A stretch of DNA of 63,898 nt, counting the filler, from Chrysochromulina tobinii (Eukaryota), in assembly GCA_001275005.1 (NCBI GenBank). It is 5 parts of 5 records of this genome, joined end to end, with 100 filler letters (N's around TTAATTAATTAA, not from the genome) between each part and the next. Parts side by side here need not be neighbours in the genome. Positions count along the whole stretch, not along the records: positions 34,732 to 58,704 come from JWZX01000970.1; positions 58,805 to 62,400 come from JWZX01000974.1; positions 62,501 to 63,898 come from JWZX01001138.1; 2 more parts are not named here. One strand, 5' to 3'. This document shows positions 55,519 to 63,898 of this stretch, piece by piece. Under the pieces are notes generated by a model. That model did no database searches. It was not told the origin of the DNA and was given only the letters and a program-made list of their open reading frames with translations. Position 1 is the stretch's first letter. Each line of letters starts with the position of its first letter. A program made the position numbers and the translations under genes.

Positions 55519-56718
55519 CTACGGGCCACGGGAATGCATGCGGGCACCCGGCGGCGGGGAGCCGGTGCGCACGCGTTCCTCGAGTGCGGCGAGGCGCTGA
55601 AGGAGGACCTCAGTGCTCTTGTCCCCGCGACCGCCGCCGCCGCTGCCGCTTCGGCCGACGCCGCGGCCGCCTTCGCCGTCGTCGCCGAGGTCTGGCTTCC
55701 AACCAGGGGTCATCTCGAGCAGGATCTTCTCGAGGTCGATCAAGAAGCTCTCGATGGGCAAGTCGTTCGCGTCGTTGCCAAAGGGCCCCTCGATCTCAAC
55801 AGCCATCTGCTCCACACTCAAGAAGAGGAAGGCGATCAGGGACGACACCGGCACCGCCAGCCAGCCGAAATCGCCGATGAGCGGGATGCACAACGTAGAG
55901 AGCCAGAGGAGCATGAAGGTGCGCAGCGTGGCAATGTACGAGAATACCATCGGCGTGCGCTTGATCTTGATGCACGCGCCCACCATGTCGTTCATCTCGC
56001 GGAGCGCTTCGGAAGTTTCGTCATAGATTGCGGCGCCCAGCTTCTCAGGTAAGTTCTGGCGCGCCGTGTGCGAGAGGCGGTTGAGCGCCGTGGCTGGCGG
56101 GCAGTACGCCGCATTGAGCCTGCGGATATAGTTCCAGTCCATGCGGGGACCGATCTCCTCGCGCTGCACCGTCGTGTCGCGTAGCCAAGCCTTGAGGCAG
56201 AGGACGAACGCCATGAGCTCCATGAGCATCTGCTCAGTTTGAGCGGCCGTCGGCAGCGCAGGCGCAGTCTGGCAGCCGATCGATACGCAATTATTCAGGA
56301 TCGTCTGCCACGAGCACCGCGCCTCCCACCAGCGATTCATCGACGTATCGGTGCGCATGACGACGAGAAATGAGAGCGCGCCGCCCAGGACACCATGCGC
56401 GGTCAACGGCATCATGATCAGGTCCACGTGCTCGGGGTGGAGCGACAGAAGATCGTAGGCCAGCAGGAACGTCGACAGCGAGATGAGGAACCACGGCCAG
56501 AACATCATGCCTTTGACGGAGAAGCGGATGGTGGGCAGCCACAACGTGGGATCGTAGATGTTGAAGCCGTCGAGCGCCTCCTGGTAGTAGGTTGTATCCA
56601 GCCATGGCTCCAGGTTCATCTCTGGGGTCTCGGGGGGCAATTCCTGGTAGGCGTCGGCTGGCGGCGCGTAGTACTGTGGCGGAGCGCCAGCCGCCTGGCC
56701 ACCCCTCAATCCGTGCAT
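55519..56718 (-). CDS. Bestrophin-like (UPF0187/VCCN-type) anion channel
   Basis: ALSFLVVMRTDTSMNRWWEAR, KIKRTPMVFSY, IEGPFGNDANDLP. Confidence 0.88.
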   Translation of the reverse strand: MHGLRGGQAAGAPPQYYAPPADAYQELPPETPEMNLEPWLDTTYYQEALDGFNIYDPTLWLPTIRFSVKGMMFWPWFLISLSTFLLAYDLLSLHPEHVDLIMMPLTAHGVLGGALSFLVVMRTDTSMNRWWEARCSWQTILNNCVSIGCQTAPALPTAAQTEQMLMELMAFVLCLKAWLRDTTVQREEIGPRMDWNYIRRLNAAYCPPATALNRLSHTARQNLPEKLGAAIYDETSEALREMNDMVGACIKIKRTPMVFSYIATLRTFMLLWLSTLCIPLIGDFGWLAVPVSSLIAFLFLSVEQMAVEIEGPFGNDANDLPIESFLIDLEKILLEMTPGWKPDLGDDGEGGRGVGRSGSGGGGRGDKSTEVLLQRLAALEERVRTGSPPPGARMHSRGP

Positions 56719-56952
56719 GTTGCAAAAAGCCAAAATAAATGAGATGCCGTGACGGGAGCCGAGTTTTCCTAATGGAGACGACTGTCCGGATAGGTCCCTG
56801 AACTCCAAAATAATCGTAAGTGAACTTGTTTGGAAGCGTGAATCTAGGTGCCCCACGTTGGACACTAGAGTGTAACGGGAAAAGGGTGATGGTCCGAGTT
56901 GACTTGCCTCGTCTTGTGTGACTTTGACGAAACAACCGCAATAGGGTAATCA

Positions 56953-58704
56953 ATGCTCTTTCGCGTCATAGGGGGGTCTCGCCTCGCGAGCTCGGCCCGC
57001 CCGCTGCTCGCGGCCCGCCCACTGCTGGCTACCCGCCCGCTCTCAACACTGCCCCCCAAGCGCAACCAATCTACGGCCATCGTCGACGACGTCGACGAGG
57101 AGGCGGAGTGGGACGCTGCCTTCTTGGAAATCGCGGACAAAGTGTACGACTCTTCGCGCAACCACCAGGACTCGGCCGCCGGGCTGCGGCAGCTGATCAA
57201 GAGCGGCCTACTCAAGCACACCGATCTCCGCGACCGTCCGGACCGCTTCTTCCGTGCCCACCGCCTCCTCGGCCGCTACGCGGTCGACCACGGCCCCGGC
57301 TTTTGGATCCGATTCACCGTGCACTACAATCTGTGCTTCGGCACCGTGCTGGCCGTGGGCGGGCCCGAGCAAGTCGACAGCATGGCGCGCGTGCAGGAGG
57401 ACGGCCTCCTCGGCTGCTTTGCGCTCACCGAAAAGCTCGCGGGCGTCCAGTCGGGCCTGATCGTGCAGACGCGCGCCGAGTACGACAGCAAGACCGACAC
57501 GTTCGTGCTCAACAACACGGGCAAGACGACCGGCGCGTACAAGAACTGGATCTCGCAGGGCTTCGTCGCCGACAAGGCCTGCGTGGTCGCCGATCTCACC
57601 GTCGGTGGCGAGCGCAAGGGGCCGCACGCCTTCCTGATGGACCTGCGCCGCAACGGCCAGCTCGTCGAGGGTGTCTCCGTCGGCGACATGGGCATCAAGA
57701 CGACCGGCAACGACCTCGACAACGCCTGGATCGCGCTCGACAACGTGCACGTGCCGCGCACTGCCTTGCTCAACCGGTACGCCGCGGTGGGCGCGGATGG
57801 TGCGTACAAGCAGGCGTCGGCCGACATCAAGCCGTTCGAGATGATCGGCCAAAGACTGTACACGGGTCGCGTGGCGGTGGCCCAAGCGGCCCTCTCATAC
57901 CGTCGGCGCCTCTTCGAGAAGACGAAGGCGTACGCGGACGCGAAGCCGATCCCCGCCTTCGGGCGCGGCACGGCCACCCTCTCGTCCATTCCACAGCTCA
58001 GGGCTCTCTTCGCCGAAGCGGAGGTGACAGCGGCGGCCCTCGAGGAGTATCTGAAGATCTCTGATTGCATCTGATGACATCTGATTGCCTCCCTCATCAG
58101 GTGACCGCGGCAGCCCTCGAGGAGTATCTGAAGATCTCTGATTGCATCTGATGACATCTGATTGCCTCCCTCATCAGGTGACCGCGGCGGCCCTCGAGGA
58201 GTATCTGAAGATCTCTGATTGCATCTGATAACATGACATCTGATTGCCTCCCTCATCAGGTGACCGCGGCGGCCCTCGAGGAGTATCTGAAGATCTCTGA
58301 TTGCATCTGATGACATCTGATTGCCTCCCTCATCAAGGTGATGGCCCTCGAGGGCGAGCAGCTGCTGCCGGCGCTCCTCGCGCAAGTCGAGGCCACGCTC
58401 ACAGAGTGCGCGCGTGCCAAGGGGCTGACGCTACGCCCCCGTCGCGCCGCCGCGGGCACCAACGACAGCGGCACATCCGACAGCGGAATCGCCGTATCGA
58501 GCGCCGTTTCGAGCGCCGTTTCGAGCGCCGTGCGCGCCGTCGTGGTGAGCGCAATTGCCAATGTGCTCAACCACGCCTTCCGACGCCACGTGGCGAGCGT
58601 TACGTGGAGCGCGGGCGGATTCGATCGCTTCAGAGACTCGAGTGGGGGCGGCAATGGGGGCGCGGTGGTGGCAAGGGCGGCAAGGGCGGCAAGGGCGGCG
58701 GCGG
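56953..58704 (+). CDS. Acyl-CoA oxidase/dehydrogenase-family flavoprotein; intron array 58024-58337; 3' part uncertain and truncated by gap
   Basis: RFTVHYNLCFGTV, GCFALTEKLAGV, AYKNWISQG, GPHAFLM, DMGIKTTGNDLDNAWI, LYTGRVAVAQ. Confidence 0.8.
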
Positions 58705-58978
58705 NNNNNNNNNNNNNNNNNNNNNNNNNNNNNNNNNNNNNNNNNNNNTTAATTAATTAANNNNNNNNNNNNNNNNNNNNNNNNNNNNNNNNNNNNNNNN
58801 NNNNTCACACCTACCGGTAGCCCCTGCGATGAACGGTAGCGGCGCGCGACTGAAGGCAGCGCCCGAGCGTGCCGATGAGGATGGTGCACGTCAGTCTCCG
58901 CTGTCTTCGTCAGTCGTCTCGGCGCTATTCATAACACATCGTAAGCGCTTGAGTCGAAAACTTCGAGTGAGGGCCGGC

Positions 58979-59117
58979 GTGAGTGAGTGAGTGAGTGAGT
59001 TATTGAGAAACAGACACACCGTGGGACAACTCGGACAACTCACTCACTCACTCACTCACTCACTCACTCCGACCGTCAGGCGTCACTCACTCCACCGCTC
59101 ACTCACTCACTCACAGC
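58979..59117. mobile_element. MITE-like insertion with (GAGT)n/(ACTC)n inverted arms and 10-bp direct flank GAGGGCCGGC
   Basis: Direct repeats at 58969-58978 and 59118-59127; element absent from the paralogous site near 60190. Confidence 0.55.
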
Positions 59118-59341
59118 GAGGGCCGGCCGCCTGTGGGCGCGGTAGCCATTTCTAAGTTGTGGAGAGCCAAAAGCTGACAAACACATTCTGTGCACCGGAG
59201 CGTTACGTTACCTAATTTGTTTACTTGTATTCGAAGTTCGTCGTACACCCGATCTCCCGATGACAGTGTACACCCGATGGCAGTACACCCGAAGACAGTG
59301 TAAATAACCGACGCTTGTGCATGGAAAGCCGTGGGCAGCTT

Positions 59342-59412
59342 GGCACAAACTCCCTCAGCCAGCAGTCACCACCTTTCGGCGCTGTGCTGCTGCTCGCGTC
59401 ATCGTGTGTGCC
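59342..59412 (-). promoter_or_regulatory. Weakened SECIS-like hairpin in 3' UTR of the Cys paralog
   Basis: GGCACACACG-AUGAC-GCGAGCAGCAGC-ACAG-CGCCGAAAGGUG-GUGACUGCUGGC-UGAG-GGAGUUUGUGCC; two extra helix II mismatches relative to copy 2. Confidence 0.5.
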
Positions 59413-59523
59413 GAGCGTGCTCGAGAATGTCGTCGGAACCAGGCGAGGACGGTCGTGCAGAACGGCCGTGCGGGACGATCTGCAGGAATGTCTGCACGGT
59501 TCGTGCAGGACGGTTGCGCCACT

Positions 59524-59736
59524 CTATGAAATGTCGCACTGCTGAGCCTGATTTGAAGCGGCTCCAGCCTGCGCTTCGGTGGTCTCACCCTCGGCCAGCT
59601 TGTGCGAGCCCGCGCCAGTCTTCCACGCGGGGCACCGATTCTCCTCGGGAATGCCTCTGAGTGCCGACGCAACGTGTTGACCACACCCAGTCCAGGTCGG
59701 AAGCTTGCACACGACACAGGTCGTCTTGAAGCACAT
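59524..59736 (-). CDS. 70-aa Cys/His mini-protein (MCxxxxCxxCxxxTWxGCGxH...RC) with C-terminal CDIS (CaaX-like); Cys paralog
   Basis: MCFKTTCVVCKLPTWTGCGQHVASALRGIPEENRCP...QQCDIS*. Confidence 0.8.
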   Translation of the reverse strand: MCFKTTCVVCKLPTWTGCGQHVASALRGIPEENRCPAWKTGAGSHKLAEGETTEAQAGAASNQAQQCDIS

Positions 59737-60563
59737 CTTGCTCCTGAATGCGCTTCTGGCGGCGGCCGGAAGGACACCGAGTTGCTCGCCGGGTTTAGCC
59801 GCCGAGGATGGGAGAATGCGAGCTTGTACCGGTTCGAGCATGAAACGTCAAGTCAAGTCAAGTCATACCCGCCCTCTCCCTTCCCACCACAGCGGCTGCC
59901 GCTTGGGACAGACCGGTCAACACGTAAACGCAGGCAGACAAACACACTCAAGCTCACGCTTTCACGCCCCCCACTCCGTCGCCGCCGCCGCCGCCACGCG
60001 CGCGCGCGCGCGACGCGAAGTCCCGGTAGTTTGCTGCGTTGCGGCTTCACACCTACCGGTAGCCCCTGCGATGAACGGTAGCGGCGCGCGACTGAAGGCA
60101 GCGCCCGAGCGTGCATGAGGATGGTGCACGTCCATGAGACCATGTGCACGTTTTTAGTGCACGTCTGGCGCTAATTATAAACTTCGAGTGAGGTCGCGGT
60201 TGCCAATTCTAAGTTGTGGAGAGCCAAAATCTGACAAACACTTTCACTTTTTACTGTGCACGAGTGTACACTATTTTTCATGTTTATAGGCTTGTTATAA
60301 GCAATAAGGCCCCGGACCCTACACCTGTTTGGGAATTGAATGGTCCATACAATGGTTGACCCAAGGTAGAGTGGTCTACTATTTTTCATGTGCATAAGGC
60401 CCCCACCCTATACCTGTTTGGGAATTGAATGATTAGTACTTCTACTTGCGACTCGTTCGTCGTCCGTACACAGAACACCCGATGACAGTGTACACCCGAT
60501 GGCAGTACACCCGATGACAGTGTAAATAACCGACGCTTGTGCATGGAAAGCCGTGGGCAGCTT

Positions 60564-60634
60564 GGCACAAACTCCCTCAGCCAGCAGTCACCGCCTCTCG
60601 GCGCTGTGCAACTGCTCGCGTCATCGTGTGTGCC
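60564..60634 (-). promoter_or_regulatory. Candidate type II SECIS element
   Basis: Helix I GGCACA/UGUGCC; AUGAC...UGAG core; 12-bp helix II with one mismatch; apical ACAG bulge plus CGCC-GAGA-GGCG mini-stem; about 105 nt after the stop codon. Confidence 0.6.
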
Positions 60635-60739
60635 GTGCGTGCTCGAGAATGTCGACGGAACCACGGCGAGGACGGTCGTGCAGAACGGCCGTGCGGGACG
60701 GTCTGCAGGTGCACGGTCGTGCAGGACGGTTGCGCCACT

Positions 60740-60961
60740 CTATGAAATGTCGCACTGCTGAGCCTGCTTTGAAGCGGCTGCAGCCTGCGCTTCGGTAGGT
60801 GTCCAGGTCTCCCCCTCGGCTAGCTTGTGAGAGCCCGCTCCTGTCTTCCACATGGGGCACCGATTCTCCTCGGGGATGCCTTTGAGTGCCGACGCAACGT
60901 GTTGACCTCACCCAGACCAGGTCGGAAGCTTGCACACGCCACAGGTCGTCTTGAAGCACAT
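60740..60961 (-). CDS. 73-aa paralog with in-frame TGA (codon 18, 60908-60910) at the conserved Cys; candidate selenoprotein
   Basis: MCFKTTCGVCKLPTWSG(TGA)GQHVASALKGIPEENRCPMWKTGAGSHKLAEGETWTPTEAQAAAASKQAQQCDIS*; frame intact after the TGA and SECIS-like hairpin downstream. Confidence 0.65.
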
Positions 60962-61155
60962 CTTGCTCCTGAATGCGGGGGCCGAAAGGTGACCGTGTTG
61001 AACCGCCGGGGTTAGCCGCCGAGATTGCGAGAAAGCGAGCATGGAACGTAAACCGTCAAGACAGTACATGTAATCTCCCTCCCGTGCGACGCACGCACGC
61101 ATGCCGTCACTGTGCTGCCGGCGGGGCTCCCCCCGTGTCATTTTACCGGTACGAC

Positions 61156-61215
61156 TGTCCCGGCTCCCCCCGGTGTCTTTTTACCGGTAAAAAGACACCG
61201 GGGGGAGCCGGGACA
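61156..61215. repeat. Perfect 60-bp palindrome centred on ACCGGT
   Basis: tgtcccggctccccccggtgtctttttacc|ggtaaaaagacaccggggggagccgggaca. Confidence 0.95.
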
Positions 61216-61220
61216 CACAC

Positions 61221-62400
61221 GGGGAGGATGATGCCAAACGGGCTGTCATCAACTTCACGTCGCAGACGCCCTTCCGCCCCCTCACCGCCGCCGACGTCGC
61301 CGACGAGCCTGGCACCGCGCCCATCCAGTTCACCGAGCGGCAGGTCTCACGCGCAGCCGAGGGCCTGCACGACCTCAAGGCGCCCGGCACCTTGCCGGAG
61401 GACAACCGCCTCATCAAAATGCTTGTGCGCCATGGCGGCGCTGCCGCGATCACAGGGTGGATCAACTCTGTCGCCCGCGGCGTGGGCCACCCACTCCTAC
61501 GCGACCTCCTCGCCGGCGCCATCCGAGCGGCCCTTCTCGTCAAGCTCCATGCCGTGACCGGCGAGCGGAAGGGGTACCGCCCCTTGGGCATGTGCGAGAA
61601 GTGGACGTGCCTGGTGTGGGCCGTCGTCAACCTTGCAATTCGCAAGGACCTCGACCACCACCTCACCCACCCGCTGCCTGAGGACGTTCGGGCGCACGAA
61701 CTTCGCGTCGCGGCGGCGGAGACGCGCCTAACCGCCGCCACCATCGAGCACGATGCCGCCTCCGCCACCGGATCCTCCGCCCTCGCCGCAGCTCGCGCGG
61801 CCGTCGCGGCCGCCGAAGCATCGGTCGCCGACTCCAAGCGCCCGCTCAAATTCGTGGCAAACTTCTGCTACTCACCAAAGGGCACCGCCAAGCTCGCGTT
61901 CCTCGCGCGTGGCTGGACGGAGCGCGACCCCACCTCGGCCACCACTTCCGATGATGTGAAGGAGATGTACCAACGCGTTTGTCGGAAGTCAGGATTCGAC
62001 TTCCTCCGCCTCCGCCTCCCTCGCCTCCTCCCCATCTTTAGATTCTTCCTCGCCATCGCCGCCTCCATTTGGTTTGGAGGTTGCACCATCCCTGTTGCCA
62101 CCGCCGGCAACGGCTCCACCGTCCTGTGCCCCGGTAGCACCACCATCTTACGCTCCTTTGAGGGGGGTGGCCAGGGGGTTGGTAGCTCGACCATCCTCTG
62201 CGTCGGCGCCTACCACGAGGCCTGCTCGGCCGCGCAACGCCTCCACCCAGACGTGGAGAACATGGCGGCCACGGCGGACGACTTCTACTGCAACGGCTCC
62301 CCCGTCACCACCGTCGAGGACACCTTGCCTCCCGTCTTCGCCGCCCTCGCCACCAAACGCCGCCTGTGCCACGAGATGTGCCACGTCGACTCCGCGCCCT
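61221..62400 (+). mobile_element. Non-LTR (CRE/R2-like) reverse transcriptase fragment, 5' truncated and cut by gap
   Basis: Domain 0 FTERQVSRAAEGLHDLKAPG; LVK..GYRPLGMCEKW; SDDVKEMYQRVCR; EGGGQGVGSSTIL; ATADDFY at the YxDD position. Confidence 0.7.
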
Positions 62401-62500
62401 NNNNNNNNNNNNNNNNNNNNNNNNNNNNNNNNNNNNNNNNNNNNTTAATTAATTAANNNNNNNNNNNNNNNNNNNNNNNNNNNNNNNNNNNNNNNNNNNN

Positions 62501-63898
62501 GCCGCATTGCTGCGTCGCGCTCGCCCTCGCTCCACACATGCTCGTGCCACGTGCTGAACGCGACGCGCTCCTCGCGCAGACGCATCGCTGAAGCAGCGCG
62601 GTACGTACACTTCAAAGCGTTGCATTGGTCAGACCAGCTGTTGAACACCCTGCGCATCGCGCGGCCCTCAGGCTGCAGCGAGCTCAGAGCGCCGGCCAGC
62701 ACGCGCGACGCCTGCGCGTGCTCCTCAGCATACGACATCCACGTGTTCAGGCTCGCACGCACGCTCGACTGCAGCATCGACGCGACCGCGCGCCGCATTG
62801 CTGCGTCGCGCTCGCCCTCGCTCCACACATGCTCGTGCCACGTGCTGAACGCGACGCGCTCCTCGCGCATACGCAGCGCAGCTGTGGCTTGGCGCACGGA
62901 GTGCAGCGCGTTCACATACTCGATCCAGCTGTTGATCGCCTTGCGCATGCTGCGCGTCGCTGGAGACAGCGAGCGGATGCACGCTCGCAGTTGCTGCTTC
63001 GTCGCAGAGACCTCCGTCGCGGACACCCACGACGCGAAGCCGGCGCGCTGAAGACGCAGCGACACACAGTTGACGGCCGACGCCATCACCTCCCGATCGT
63101 GCAGCAGGCCCAGCCAGCCGTTCCACGCCTTGCGCATACCGTCGCCGCGGAACGCCGACGCAGCTGAGAGCAGCGCCTGCTGGTTGCGCTGGCGAGCCTC
63201 CGACATCGCGGTCCATGTGTTCATCGCCGCTCGCAAGCTCCGAAGCGACATGCTCTGGATCGCTCGGCGCGCCGTCTCCTCGACACGCTCCCGCTGCCTG
63301 CGCACAAGCGCCGCGTGAGCGCTCCACGTGCGCAGACCCCACAGCTGCTCGCTAAAGAACATCGCTGAAACAGCAACGTTCATCGACCGTCGATGCACCA
63401 TGATGCAAATCCAGGAATACTTCCAAGAATTGAGGCATGCACGCATGCTCGATTGCAGCATCGACGACACCGCACGCCGCAGGGCAGCGTCGCGCTCGCC
63501 GTCGCTGCACACATGCTCGTGCCACGAGCTGAACGCGACACTCTCCTCGCGCATGCGCAGCGCAGCTGTAGCTCGGCGCACAGACTGCAGCGCGTTGACA
63601 TACTCGATCCAGCTGTTGATCGCCTTGCACACGCTACGCTTCGAAGGAGACAGCGAGCGGATGCACGCTCGCAGTTGCTGCTTCGTCGCAGAGACCTCCG
63701 TCACGGACACCCACAACGCGAAGCCGGCGCGCTGAAGACGCATCGACATACAGGTGACGGCCGACGCCATCACCTCCCGATCGTGCAGCAGGCCCAGCCA
63801 GCCGTTCCATGCCTTGCGCATACCGTCGCCGCGGAACGACGACGCAGCTGAGAGCAGCGCAAGCTGGTTGCGCTGACGAGCCTCCGACATCGCGACCC
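62501..63898 (-). CDS. Sfi1-like (centrin-binding, Trp-periodic) repeat protein, partial at both ends
   Basis: Repeated RKAWNGW / RKAINSW / VAFSTW / ASLNTW motifs; internal DNA repeats with 684-bp (63206 vs 63890) and 291-bp (62501 vs 62792) periods. Confidence 0.7.

Larger units (their letters stand above)
58805..61050. repeat. Tandem segmental duplication (~1.24 kb unit) carrying the mini-protein gene and its 3' UTR
   Basis: tcacacctaccggtagcccctgcgatgaacgg at 58805 and 60047; CDS and UTR are colinear between units. Confidence 0.9.

Overview
GC-rich eukaryotic DNA with spliceosomal introns. The gene families (Pro-rich linkers, [10 protein letters not shown] Cys motif, RRELQ beta-helix proteins, Sfi1 repeats) suggest a haptophyte alga, possibly Chrysochromulina-like; this is inference only. 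The window is five contigs joined by artificial N44-TTAATTAATTAA-N44 linkers (16245-16344, 34632-34731, 58705-58804, 62401-62500), so adjacency across linkers is not evidence of linkage. It holds about 25 protein-coding genes or fragments. Main observations: (1) a tandemly duplicated 70/73-aa Cys/His mini-protein gene in which one copy has an in-frame TGA exactly where the other has Cys, with a SECIS-like kink-turn hairpin in the 3' UTR that is better paired in the TGA copy, making it a candidate uncatalogued selenoprotein with a Cys paralog; (2) a recurrent intron architecture at about 10 introns in 6 genes, where the intron 5' end copies the first 10-36 nt of the downstream exon and is followed by a stereotyped CTGATTGC/CTGATGAC...CTCATCAG module; (3) a >1000-aa tandem-repeat multipass membrane protein missed by the ORF track; (4) an in-frame mosaic of degenerate gene fragments including acetyl-CoA carboxylase; (5) unusual fusions: PCIF1-like+PPR+TrmB-like, receptor kinase+PARP, NRPS A-T+ankyrin, cyclase+EF-hand+ankyrin; (6) a divergent non-LTR reverse transcriptase truncated at a perfect 60-bp palindrome.
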